Source: Myxococcota bacterium
GTDB taxonomy: Bacteria > Myxococcota_A > UBA796 > GCA-2862545
DNA length: 64,000 nucleotides
Reading direction: 5' to 3'
Assembly: GCA_039208735.1 (NCBI GenBank)
Contig: JBCCQY010000008.1
Coordinates: 34,703 to 98,702 of the forward strand
How positions within the stretch are numbered: position 1 is the first letter of the stretch; each line of letters begins with the position of its first letter. A program made the translations under genes and the position numbers. The notes below the pieces were generated by a model that saw only the letters and a program-made list of their open reading frames with translations, did no database searches and had not been told where the DNA came from. Shown piece after piece: positions 1-10,225 of this stretch.

Positions 1-1
1 C

Positions 2-1048
2 CTACACAACACCTTCGCCTCACTCCAGGACGTCGCCGTCGACGCACTCGCGGTCGAACTGCTCGAGGAGGCCGAGCGGGGACGAGCCAACGCACTGATG
101 TGGGCCAGCAAGTCGCTCGGCGTGGCACTCGGGGGTGGCGGAGGCACGGTGCTGGCCAAGTCGCTAGGCTGGTCGAACCTCTTCATCGTGATGGCCCTGT
201 GCATCTGGGCCATCGTGCTGTTGCCCTTGTTGCTACGGGAGCGCCCGCCGTCCGCGGACGACACGCCCGTCGATGCACGACTCCTCCGACTCGGTTGGTT
301 CCTCGTCCCCTTCGCAGCCGTGGGGGCGGTCATGTGGGGCCTCTCCACGCTCGACAGACCGTGGGTGCCCATCGTCCAGCCCTTCGCGGCGCTGGCGGGA
401 GCACTCGCGGCATGGCCGCTGGTGGACCGGACCGGATTCGGTCAGCTGCAGCGGTCGTTTTCGTTTGCGACCCCGTGGTGGGGAATCGCCGCCGCAGTCT
501 TCACGCCTGCGGGCTATGCGCTGGTATCGATCCCCATGACCCGGATGATCCGCGCCGATCTGCAGCTGTCGGAAGAACGCATCGCGTTCCTCACCGGAGT
601 CGTCGATCCCGCCGCGGGGGTGGTCGGCGCGCTCGTCGGCGGTCTGCTCGCTGACCGCCTGGGGGCGAGACCCACGGTGGGAGCCCTGATGGGCGGCATC
701 GCCGCGTGCCTCGCCGTGTTCGGACTGACCGAGGCATGGTGGCCTTCGTACGGGTTCCTCATCGGCTGGACGATCGCCCAGATGATGCTCGTCAACGGCT
801 ACAACGCAGGGATGCTTTCGCTGTACCAAGGACTTTCGAACCCGCGCATCGGCGCCACACACTTCGCCGTGTACATGGCAGCCACCAACCTGACCTACGC
901 CTGGGCGTCCCCGCTGGGAGGTTTGCTGGCCGACACGTGGGGGTTCCCGGTACTCTTCGGGATTGCCGCCACTGTGCAGCTGGCCACCATCGCGCTTGTG
1001 TCGCGACTGGATGTCGTGAATGCTCGCACCACCTACTCGGTGACGTGA
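2..1048 (+). CDS. AmpG-family MFS transporter, 5'-truncated by window edge
   Basis: Frame open from base 2: LHNTFASLQDVAVDALAVELL..ERGRANALM (AmpG-type QDxAxDA motif); many TM helices; GGLLADRLG MFS motif; ATHFAVYMA.TNL. Confidence 0.8.
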   Translation, partial: LHNTFASLQDVAVDALAVELLEEAERGRANALMWASKSLGVALGGGGGTVLAKSLGWSNLFIVMALCIWAIVLLPLLLRERPPSADDTPVDARLLRLGWFLVPFAAVGAVMWGLSTLDRPWVPIVQPFAALAGALAAWPLVDRTGFGQLQRSFSFATPWWGIAAAVFTPAGYALVSIPMTRMIRADLQLSEERIAFLTGVVDPAAGVVGALVGGLLADRLGARPTVGALMGGIAACLAVFGLTEAWWPSYGFLIGWTIAQMMLVNGYNAGMLSLYQGLSNPRIGATHFAVYMAATNLTYAWASPLGGLLADTWGFPVLFGIAATVQLATIALVSRLDVVNARTTYSVT

Positions 1049-1098
1049 CATGGAACGAGCGTCTGGAAGACGAACACTTGTCGCTGAACGGTGAGGCG

Positions 1099-2091
1099 TC
1101 ACCGTTGCGAATGGACCTGGATCCCTAGTTTCGACGCGCCCTCCACGAGGCTTGAAACATCGAGATGGGGGTGGGGCACACCGAGCTTCAACACCTCCAA
1201 ATTCTCGAACGCAGCAAGGTGCCCAAGCAGGACATCGACATCGGCCAAATCACTCTGCGGCAATACGAGCTTTCGCAAGGACTGGACATTGGCCGTCATG
1301 GACAGCGCTCCAACCAGCCCATGGGCCCCATAAGCGTTTTCAAGCGTCAGCGAGGTGAGCGTGACCCGTTCGAACGGCAACCATGCATCGGACCAGGAAT
1401 GCATCGCCTCCGAGGCCACCCCGAGGTCCACGACGAGTTCCCGAAGCCGCGGACACCCCTCCTCTGGAAAGTAGGGCCACCCCTCGAACGGCCCCTGCAG
1501 CACGAGGCGCTCCAGATACGGCGCACGGACCTCGCCAAGGCGCATGCGATGACCCCGCACGGTCAGCACAACGAGGCGCGACACATGGTCCCAAAGGGGT
1601 TCGAGATCCACGGATGTCGAAGTCACAGCTCGCTCGTTGTAAGGACCGACAAACAGTTCTCGGAGCCCCGCCATCGGCACCTCAGTCAACGCTTCGAGAC
1701 CGGCGGACATTTCGGGAGCGGGGCGAAGCGACAGGCGCTCCAGCAACGAGCCAGAAGGGTGGGCGAGGAGCTTGCGAAGGCTCGTTTCGATGACCCCGGC
1801 ATGCATTGCATCGAGCTGCACAGTGTGGAGGTAGCCAAGTCGCCACAACGCCAACGTGTGATGGGCGTCGCTCATGATCGGCCCCAAGACCCTTGGGCCG
1901 GGTAGCGACAGACCGCGCAGCTGGAGCGCAGCCAGGGAGTGTGGCACCAGCGGGGCCAGCGCGGCATTCATCATGTCCCGAGCGAAGTGCACCCTCGGGT
2001 CATCATGCTCGGCCAACCAATCGAACAAGACCGCCCAACGATCGAGGTCCGCGGGTTGTTCTGTAATTCGCGTATAGAGTTTTACATCCAT
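1099..2091 (-). CDS. TIGR02996-like N-terminal domain plus LRR-like protein
   Basis: N-terminal PADLDRWAVLFDWLAEHDDPR; LxxLxL repeats (LERLSL, LRELFV, LRELVV, LRKLVL, LEVLKL). Confidence 0.7.
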   Translation of the reverse strand: MDVKLYTRITEQPADLDRWAVLFDWLAEHDDPRVHFARDMMNAALAPLVPHSLAALQLRGLSLPGPRVLGPIMSDAHHTLALWRLGYLHTVQLDAMHAGVIETSLRKLLAHPSGSLLERLSLRPAPEMSAGLEALTEVPMAGLRELFVGPYNERAVTSTSVDLEPLWDHVSRLVVLTVRGHRMRLGEVRAPYLERLVLQGPFEGWPYFPEEGCPRLRELVVDLGVASEAMHSWSDAWLPFERVTLTSLTLENAYGAHGLVGALSMTANVQSLRKLVLPQSDLADVDVLLGHLAAFENLEVLKLGVPHPHLDVSSLVEGASKLGIQVHSQR

Positions 2092-2368
2092 GAAGGGTCT
2101 CGGCTGTCCATGCGAGCGCCCAGACGATGGGGGTCACGGGGTAGCGCGCCAACTCGCCCTTCCATATCTCCCAACCCTGTTTGAAGATAATTCGAAGCCC
2201 GACGAACGGAGTGGTCCATCGCTGACGGAGAAAGTCAACGCCGGTTGGATGCCACCCTGTAGAAGAACCCAGGTCCTCTTCCCATCGAGCACAGTATCCC
2301 GTTCACAGCGCGTGATTGCAGAAGACCCGCCGTCGTGTTCCCTGCTATTCACACTTTGCGGATGTGAC

Positions 2369-4495
2369 ATGGCGCTCGTTCCATCGGACAAAGCTGGACA
2401 TTGGCACGATCCAGTTGTCGACCTAAACGGCCCTATCACCGTGGCGTTGGTGGTGGGGGTGAGCCACTATCCTCACCTCGGAGGCGGTAACGACCCGGTG
2501 AACGAGACGTTCGGGTTCCAACAACTCAACGTCTCGGCGCTCACGGCGTGGCAGATCTTCAACTGGCTGCGCCACGAGTTCCGAAGCTCCGCCCCCCTCG
2601 CCGAGGTGTGGCTTCTGCTGGCGCCCAGCGACAAAGAGCGTTCGCTGCACCCTGAGATGATGCAACACGCACAGGAACCTGACTTCCTCAACCTTCAGAC
2701 CGCGACCCGCAATTGGGCCCTGCGGGTGCGTTCCATTCCGGAAACGCAACGCGCATCCAGCCGAACGGTCTTCTTCTGGTCGGGGCACGGCGTCGAGGTG
2801 CACACCCGGCGCCAATTGCTGCTCCCGACGGACTGGCCCAAGCTCGACCACCACCTTTGCTTATCGGTCGACAACTTGCGTCGCGGGCTCGATGACATCG
2901 AAGCCCAACAGATCCTTGTCATCGACGCCTGTCGCACGGGTTCGGCCGAACTCAAAGAACAGGTCGAAGACGGCTCGAGCATCCTCGACGTGGTTCGTCC
3001 CGAAGACACGGTGGATGAGCTGCAGCGAGTCGTGCTGCACAGCACCAAGCCAGGCGCCGAGGCGATGGCTCCACTCGATCCAGCGGCCGGTCCGACCCTG
3101 TTTGGCCGTGCCCTTCTCGATGGCCTCCGCGGCTTTCACGACATCTCCCTTACGCCGAACGGAGGAGGTTCGACCGTACATGTCGACCAGCTCATCGGCT
3201 ATCTGAAGCGTCGGGTCAAGGAACTCCTAAAGAAGACCAAGGCACCAACGGGACAACTCGTTCGGCCCCTTCGTGAGAGCAGCAACAACCTGGAGTTAAC
3301 GTTGGTCTTGGCGCCACCAGACCAGCTGCCTCCGGATCCTCCGGAGAGTGTGGCGGTCCAACCCATCGGACTCTCGACGAGGGTCGAGGGCAATCAGATC
3401 GTGGTCGTAGCGGAAAGCCGCCCCGAGGCCGGTGGATTCCGGGGCGGTGCCATCGAGACCAAGACCTCCATCCCACTCGAAGCCTTAGCCAACGGGGCTC
3501 CCATTTGGGTCACAGAGCGAAATGGTTCGGTCGACCAGGTGTTCGCACGACCTCCCACGCCGGAGGAGGCGCCCGTGGCCTACCGGGTGGGGGACGTACG
3601 CCGGAATGGAAACTCCGCGACATTCCGCCCCGCGGTGCCCGACCCGCGATTGTGGCGCACCATCGATGATCCGCTCGATCCGGAAACCACCTTGCAGACC
3701 TCGGTCTGGTCGGCAGCCCGGCTAAGTCCGCTGGAGCAGCCCGAAGAGGACGTGGCCTTCGAACTGGAAGAGCCTCGTTCCAGTCGCGAGGGGCAAATGC
3801 TTCACGGACGGCTCTCCGCAAACGGACAGGGCGGCCCCTTTTTGCTTCAGCTGCCCGGAATGTCGGTCGTGCTCGCCGGCGATGAAGGTGCCGAGTGGCG
3901 CGTTGAAGCCGGATGGACCCCCAACGCAGAACCGCGTGTCGTGAGCGACCTCCGTGCCGCGCTTCGGTCCGATCGGGATGACCCGCAAGGCCGTTCCGCT
4001 CGGCTGTGGGATCTCTACATGGCGGCAAGCGCAGGAGAAGCGGCGGAACTCGTAGAAAGCTCTTGGATTACGCTCGAGTCACTGCTTGCGGGCAAGCGCC
4101 GAGCCCCGTTTGCTGCCGTGGTCGCCGGTCTCGTGTTGGTGCAAGGCCGCCGTTTTGATCTCACCCACGATTGGCTCGGCAACCTAGCGCGGTGGTTTCC
4201 AACCATTCCAGATACGCACGTGCTCCACGCATACGAGCGCATGGCCTATGGTGCGAGGCGAGATCAAGCCGCCATCGTGGAGGCACTGGCTCCTCTCGTA
4301 GACCACGGACTGCCCTGGACCAGCGATGGATACGCACTCGCCACAGACGTCGTGGAGCGTATCGGCATCGACGATCCTCGGATCGCGAGAATCAGCCACG
4401 CCCTGAAACGCATGGCCCCTTTCCTCGGTGCCGGCACCCTCTTCGCCACCTTCGTCGACCACCCCCGACGCCCATCCCTGACGGAGATTCTATGA
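2369..4495 (+). CDS. Caspase-like (peptidase C14) protein with long uncharacterised C-terminal region, ~708 aa
   Basis: ALVVGVSHY, FFWSGHG (catalytic His), ILVIDACR (catalytic Cys), TLFGRALLDGL; ATG 2369 preferred over the ORF-track start at 2090. Confidence 0.85.
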   Translation: MALVPSDKAGHWHDPVVDLNGPITVALVVGVSHYPHLGGGNDPVNETFGFQQLNVSALTAWQIFNWLRHEFRSSAPLAEVWLLLAPSDKERSLHPEMMQHAQEPDFLNLQTATRNWALRVRSIPETQRASSRTVFFWSGHGVEVHTRRQLLLPTDWPKLDHHLCLSVDNLRRGLDDIEAQQILVIDACRTGSAELKEQVEDGSSILDVVRPEDTVDELQRVVLHSTKPGAEAMAPLDPAAGPTLFGRALLDGLRGFHDISLTPNGGGSTVHVDQLIGYLKRRVKELLKKTKAPTGQLVRPLRESSNNLELTLVLAPPDQLPPDPPESVAVQPIGLSTRVEGNQIVVVAESRPEAGGFRGGAIETKTSIPLEALANGAPIWVTERNGSVDQVFARPPTPEEAPVAYRVGDVRRNGNSATFRPAVPDPRLWRTIDDPLDPETTLQTSVWSAARLSPLEQPEEDVAFELEEPRSSREGQMLHGRLSANGQGGPFLLQLPGMSVVLAGDEGAEWRVEAGWTPNAEPRVVSDLRAALRSDRDDPQGRSARLWDLYMAASAGEAAELVESSWITLESLLAGKRRAPFAAVVAGLVLVQGRRFDLTHDWLGNLARWFPTIPDTHVLHAYERMAYGARRDQAAIVEALAPLVDHGLPWTSDGYALATDVVERIGIDDPRIARISHALKRMAPFLGAGTLFATFVDHPRRPSLTEIL

Positions 4496-7400
4496 GTGTT
4501 ATCGACCCGCGATTTGTGATCGACCTGGTCGAAGGTCGTTTTGGCCGAACTTCTCGTACGGAACTCGATGCATTGTTCGCGGAGGCGGCGGACCACGATC
4601 ACATTTGTCTGCACGTGCACGGGGGCTTGGTCAAGCACCATGAGGCGCTGAACTCGATCCCCATCCTTCAACAAACCATCGAACCCCATGCTCGCCCCAT
4701 CTTTGTGACATGGAATAGCGGTGCGGTCGAAACGCTGGTCCGCAACCTCGATGAAATTGCCAAAGACGCGCTGGCCCAACGCTTGTTCGCCTGGGCCCAA
4801 GACGAGGCAGAGCGCACCGAAGACCATCCATCGGGCTTCACCAGCGAAGAAGCCCAGGCAAAAGCACTCGCCGCCGCGCTCGCGCGCGACGAGGATCTGG
4901 AACGAGGACTGCGGGCCGCACGCGACCGCGAGGCGGCGGGGTTCTCCCTCATTCCCCAGGTCGTCTCAAGTTCGGTCCTCAAGGAGCTGTTCGAAACCGC
5001 AGCGGGCATCAACTGGATGTCGCTCGCCCTCCGGCTGGTACGCATCGTCGCCGCCGCCGCCAAGCGACAAATGACCGAGCCCGGAAGGCCCTTCCTCGCA
5101 ACGTTATTCGAGGAGACGATTCGTTCGCTGTTTGGTGACGTCCTTGGGGAAGCGTACTGGACGGCGATGAAGGGCGATACACGCGAAGCCTTCGCCAACC
5201 ACGACGATCGCGGTGGCCGGCACCTTCTGCAACGACTCGCCTAGTGGTGGCAGCCGGGGCGACGTATCAGCTTTATCGGTCACTCCGCAGGCGGCGTCTT
5301 TTTCTGCCATCTGCTGCAGCATGCCAACCTTCTGCCCGAGGACTGCCGCCTCGACGCCATTCTCATCGCCCCCGCGTGCTCGTTTGAACTCCTCCACGCT
5401 TCGCTGCAGTCAGCAGGAGGCTCTCGCTTGGGCCGGATGCGGGTCTTCGGACTCTCCGACGTGCGCGAACGCGGATACTGGGAGTGGTTTTACCCTGCGT
5501 CACTGTTGTACCTGGTCTCGGGACTGCTCGAAGACAAAAGCGACAAGCCGCTTCTGGGGATGGAACGGTACTGGGACGAAACGCGCTACCCTTCAGCCGG
5601 CGATGAAGCGCTGAACGGGGTGCGCACCTGGTTCACGACCCACGAATCCGCGGCATTTTGGTCTCCTCATGACGGCGAGCCCGGTACCGAAACGCAGGGC
5701 GATACTCACGGCTCGATCAGCGAAGAGTTGGTGACCCTCGAGAGCGTCGGGTGGCTCCTCGAAAACAAGTCTTGGGATGCGTCGGGTAGTTTTTCTCGCC
5801 CGAAGGCGTGCCGAGTGGTGGAACGATGGCAGCGAGCGGCTCGCTCCTTTCCGATCCATCGACGTCAGCCGGCCCCCACCACCGGCGGTCAAGGCTTTCG
5901 AGCCGCGGTTGGCCAGGTCGACCTGACCCGAGAATTGTACCAGTCCACCTTTGGCTATGGTCCGGGGAAGGCCAAGGGCGGTGAGGGGTGGTTCGGGCGC
6001 CTCCGAGCCGTCATGATGCTGTTCGAAGACGATCGAGGCGAACGCGCACTCGTGCTGGGCGCGGATTTGCACTCAGGGGCCCGGTACCTCACCGAAGCAT
6101 TGGCTTGGCACCTCGCGGACATCGGCCTGTCGGTCGATCGAATTGTCTTCACCTCGTCTCACACCCATTCAGGCCACGGACGGTTCTACGGCGTGCCCAC
6201 CTACGATCGACTGGCGGGACGGATCCGTTCACTGTTCGATGGGTTCGACGTACGCGGAACCGCGCGAATGGTGGAGCGCATGGTACGGGAAGCCCGCCGA
6301 TTGGAGGGGCAACTGCGACCCGCTCGCATCGGCACGGGACACTCGGATGCGTGGGGAACCCTTTGGAACCGGAGTCTCCCGCCATACCTCGGCAATTTCT
6401 TTGAGCCCACCACCACGTCCGAGGACACCCAGCGCAACACTGTGTTGAATGAGGCCCGACGCTGGCATCCCGGCGGAGAGGTTCCGACCGACCTTTCGCT
6501 TGACCACCTCGCCGTAGACGCACGGATTCGCGTGCTTGTCGTGGGGCCCGATGAAGACGGAGCTCCACCGTGGGGGGCCCTGGCCTTCATGGGAGCCAGC
6601 CCGACGCTGTCAGCGAGCCACCTGCGGTGGTACTCCTCGGACGCGTTTGGAAGTGCGGCGAAGGCGGTCGAACGGACCCTTCAGAAAACCATGGGGCGCC
6701 ATGTGCCGATCGGGGTCGTCGGCTCGGCCAATGGGGATGTGAATGTCGTGGTGCGGGGCATGCCCTTCGATACGCTTCAGCGGGCGCGAAACCGGGACAT
6801 CATCGAGGGCGCCAATGCAGGGGAGCCCAGGCACGTGCTAGATCGGCGAGCCGCGGGAGTCCACGTCGTACGCCGTGCGGCCGAGGCCATCGCCTCCCAT
6901 GTCGTGGATGCCATCTCAACCGGATGGGCGGCGGCGAAGGCACCGTCACAGATCAACATTCGGTTCGAGGAATCTGTGATTCCAGAGGCCACGGGTCCGA
7001 TCGAAGCACCGGATGCCCCTCCCCACCTCGGGGCGCCTTCGATCCACCAGTACAAATTGCCCTGCACCTGGATGATTGGAGAATCGACGTTTGCGACGAG
7101 CGAACTCAACCGAGCCTGGGAGCCCGTGCCTCCCGAGCAGGGTGTCGAGCGGTCCAAGAGATTGAAGCCGGACGAACGTGCGCTCCAGATCATCGAATGG
7201 CGTGACCCCCACAGCCCCAAGAAGCCCCCCGTCAACATTGCGGGGTCACCCCTCCAAGAGTGGCTGTCCTTCATTGGGCCGGTGGGTTCCCTCGGACTCG
7301 ATCCCTACTTGCCCCTTCACCTGTTGTCGTTCGACGATGACGTGCACATCGCAGGATTGCCCGCCGAGCTTTCGGTTCACTTCAGCCGGGAATTGCGCCA

Positions 7401-8100
7401 GGCGCTGGATGGCACCCTTGGCGGAGAGGTCCTGCTGGGAGCGCTCGCGGGCGGCTACACGGGATACGCTTCCACGATTGGCGAATATGCCGTCCAGGAC
7501 TACGAGGGTTCCTCCGTCTATTGGGGACGCCACTTCGGGTCGTTGATCCGTCAGCGACTGGCGACGCTGGCCGCGGCATCACCGCAACCGGTCGGTGAAG
7601 GAACGCCAGGGACCGCCTATTTTGTTCGCAACCAGGCGCCCCTCGAAGAGATTGCGATTACGCGCGAGGACGAAGACGACGCAGGGTTTCGGCCCGGACC
7701 CGATCTTGGCGTGCTCCGACGCAAACTCGAAGGCATCGACAATGATCCGAGCCTCGTGCGGCTCGTGGGGTCCTGGTCACCGCGAAAGAAGCCCCAACGT
7801 CAAGGCCGATCGCGCATCGGCTCTCCGCAGCCCGCCGGAACGTGGTTTGTACGGTTGATGGAGGGTGACACGCCGTTGATGGTAAATGGAAGCCAGGTCG
7901 ATGATCTCACGCACGACATGGGCGTGTGGTTCGATCGCAAGGAACGCCGGTGGGTCTTCGTGTTGGAGATGCCAAAGGCGGTGCTCGCGGGGCGGAAGAT
8001 CACCTACGATCTGCTCGATGACGATCGGGTTCGTCCAGCCGGTGCGTTTCACCCTCCCGAACCCAAGTCCGTCGATGAGATGCCGGATGTAAACCGGTGA
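4492..8100 (+). pseudogene. Alpha/beta-hydrolase + neutral/alkaline ceramidase-like fusion (~1202 codons) interrupted by one in-frame TAG at 5242-5244 (pseudogene, sequence error or readthrough)
   Basis: ATG 4492 overlaps caspase TGA; ORFs ending 5244 and starting 5428 share a frame and the gap reads *WWQPGRRISFIGHSAGGVF..ILIAPAC; hydrolase motifs HGGL, GHSAG, YPASLLYLVS, PLLGM; ceramidase motifs GQVDLT, SHTHSG, NRS, GDVN, PAE, YTGY..EYAVQDYEG. Confidence 0.8.
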
Positions 8101-9338
8101 TCGAAACACTCAACCATGCGGCCGATCGAGCCTTGGCATCCCTTGCATTTGAGTTCGATGAACTCGAGCGTCAGGCTGCGGCCAACATCGACAACCGCTT
8201 CGTGGCGAACCGTCGCCACATTCACCGATTGCTCTCGATGCTGCGGGCAATGCTGGCCGATCTCAAAGGCGCAGGCCGTAGCACTGTGCAGGATGCGCTG
8301 AAGGTCCTGGATGCCGTTCAGGGCGCCCATGTGGTCTGGGGAGCCTACCGCGACCGGTTCGAGCAACGCGAGCGCGAGGAATGGCGATTCATCCTTCTTT
8401 TAGCTGACGATTTGGCCCGGGAGTGCACCCCTGCCGTCGTGCAACGCGAGCCTCCGTTGGTGATGTTCTCGGCCGAGGGCTCACCAGCCGTCCAGCCTCG
8501 AGGCAGCCCAGAGATCCCCCCGCAGCTGGACACGCCAGAACTCCAGCAACGCTTCCAAGACCTCGTCTTTCGCATTCCTGTGCCCATCCTTCATCTGCCG
8601 TGGCGTTCTTGGACCGATCTCCCTTCATTGGCGGTAGTCGCCCATGAGGTCGGCCACATGGTGGAGCGAGACCTGGGCTTGCCTGTAGCGGACGTCGCCG
8701 CAGATGCCGTGGAACCAGAAGACAGAGACCGAGCTCGTCAGTGGGCCCGCGAACTGTTCGCGGACGCGTGGGGGGTAGCGTGCTGTGGTGATGCGTTTTT
8801 GGAGGCGTTGGCCCTTGCTGAAGCGGCGTCGCCGCAAGCCCTCGCCGACCAGGCACCGCGTGACAAATATCCCCGGGCCCTCTCTCGCCTAAGGGCCGCT
8901 TTTGCCGCCTTTCAGGCACTGGGACTGCCCGACGCTCTTGCCATCGAGAGCCGATGGACGTCGACGTTCGAAATGGCGGGAGCCCCTGCGCTGGCCGATC
9001 AGCGCGTTGCAATCCAGGTCATGCAGGCGTTCGTGGAACGAACGTGGACGGACGACGTGCGGCTTGACCGTCAGATCCCTGAAGGCAACGTCCAGGATGT
9101 GGTGACCCGCCTCAACGACCCCACGAGTGGGCTCGTCGGAGGCACAGACGCACGCGTCGTCGTACGGGCCTTGGCGCAGCTGGACCGTGCCCGCTTCACC
9201 CCGGATGGCGCATCGGCGCTGGCCAAGCAGTGGCGTTCAGCGAGGCACTTCGAAGATGGATTGCTGGTTCCATCCGTCGATGATGAACAACTCGGAAAGA
9301 CCTTTGCCCGTCGACTCTTGAGTTCGGAGACCCCATGA
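8097..9338 (+). CDS. HExxH zincin-like putative metallopeptidase
   Basis: AHEVGH followed by WARELFAD and YP..LSR; GTGA overlap with upstream stop. Confidence 0.7.
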   Translation: MIETLNHAADRALASLAFEFDELERQAAANIDNRFVANRRHIHRLLSMLRAMLADLKGAGRSTVQDALKVLDAVQGAHVVWGAYRDRFEQREREEWRFILLLADDLARECTPAVVQREPPLVMFSAEGSPAVQPRGSPEIPPQLDTPELQQRFQDLVFRIPVPILHLPWRSWTDLPSLAVVAHEVGHMVERDLGLPVADVAADAVEPEDRDRARQWARELFADAWGVACCGDAFLEALALAEAASPQALADQAPRDKYPRALSRLRAAFAAFQALGLPDALAIESRWTSTFEMAGAPALADQRVAIQVMQAFVERTWTDDVRLDRQIPEGNVQDVVTRLNDPTSGLVGGTDARVVVRALAQLDRARFTPDGASALAKQWRSARHFEDGLLVPSVDDEQLGKTFARRLLSSETP

Positions 9339-10084
9339 CGTTCGAGGAGTTTCGTGCTGCCCAACCCACGGTGACCGTGGGTGGGAAAACCTGGTTCGTC
9401 GTCGAGGACGACATGCGAATGAACGAGGTGCGACTGCTTCAGTATTGGCAGTCTCGAGTGAGCCAAGCCACGCCCGGGCGCCTGCTCGAAAAGCTGGTCG
9501 GTGGCATGGGTCCCGAGGGACGATTGGTTCGGTGGTCACCCGGGAGCGTCCTGACCTACGCGGTGCTTGACGAGCATTTTCCGTCCCCAGAACGCGCCGC
9601 CACGATCCGCCAGGCCATGCTGGAAGCCGCGAGCGATTGGCAGAGTGTGTGCGGGGTGCGTTTTCAGCGTTTGGACGTTCCCGAACACGAAGCAACGGAC
9701 CGAGAGCGTTGCCTGTTTACCGTCAGGCAACACGACCTGAGTGGTGGGCTCATCGCATTGGCCTTCTTCCCTGACGACCCCGCGGACGAACGCGACATCT
9801 TTGTCGACCCGACCTTCCCCGCAACGTTCTCCGCGCGGGGCATTCTTCGCCATGAACTTGGGCACATCCTTGGGTTCTACCACGAGTTCACGAGGCATGA
9901 ACTCGACAACATCGACATTGGCGAGGCCGATCTCCGCTCCGTGATGAACTACCCCCAACACGGTGGAGACCCGAGTTTAATGATCACCGACGAAGATGCT
10001 CGCGCAGCTCGCGAGGTCTATGGTTGGCCCGTTGGGGATTCGAAGATGGTCGAGCCACCACCGCCCGATTCCTCCACAGTTTAG
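9335..10084 (+). CDS. Metzincin (matrixin/M57-like) metalloprotease without signal peptide
   Basis: HELGHILGFYHE (HExxHxxGxxH), Met-turn SVMNYP, ALAFFP, N-terminal FEEF..VVEDD pro-region; ATGA overlap. Confidence 0.85.
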   Translation: MTFEEFRAAQPTVTVGGKTWFVVEDDMRMNEVRLLQYWQSRVSQATPGRLLEKLVGGMGPEGRLVRWSPGSVLTYAVLDEHFPSPERAATIRQAMLEAASDWQSVCGVRFQRLDVPEHEATDRERCLFTVRQHDLSGGLIALAFFPDDPADERDIFVDPTFPATFSARGILRHELGHILGFYHEFTRHELDNIDIGEADLRSVMNYPQHGGDPSLMITDEDARAAREVYGWPVGDSKMVEPPPPDSSTV

Positions 10085-10146
10085 GCGACGCACGAATCGC
10101 ATGGTCCCACCTCGAACGCACTCTTTCGCTGAAGCCGTCGAACGGC

Positions 10147-10198
10147 TTGACAGCTCAAACTAAGATCATTAGTTTTCAATCTAATGCTCTTAGTTTGA
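10147..10198 (+). promoter_or_regulatory. -35 box plus double TetR-type operator
   Basis: TTGACA at 10147; TCAAACTAAGATCATTAG (10155-10172) and CTAATGCTCTTAGTTTGA (10181-10198) form an 18-bp inverted repeat with one mismatch; each half contains CTAA-N5-TTAG. Confidence 0.75.
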
Positions 10199-10225
10199 TA
10201 GTGCATACGACACGAGGGAACGGAC

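Noticed and set aside
2090..2368. ORF-track N-terminal extension of the caspase (similar extensions at 4171, 25827, 30341, 34328, 38943, 48482)
   Set aside because: The extensions overlap neighbouring genes or promoters and look non-protein-like; downstream starts have better RBS or coupling
4830..7700. Recurrent GF(R/S/T) peptides as shared caspase cleavage sites
   Set aside because: Too short to be significant; GFRAAVG is simply the first strand of the ceramidase domain
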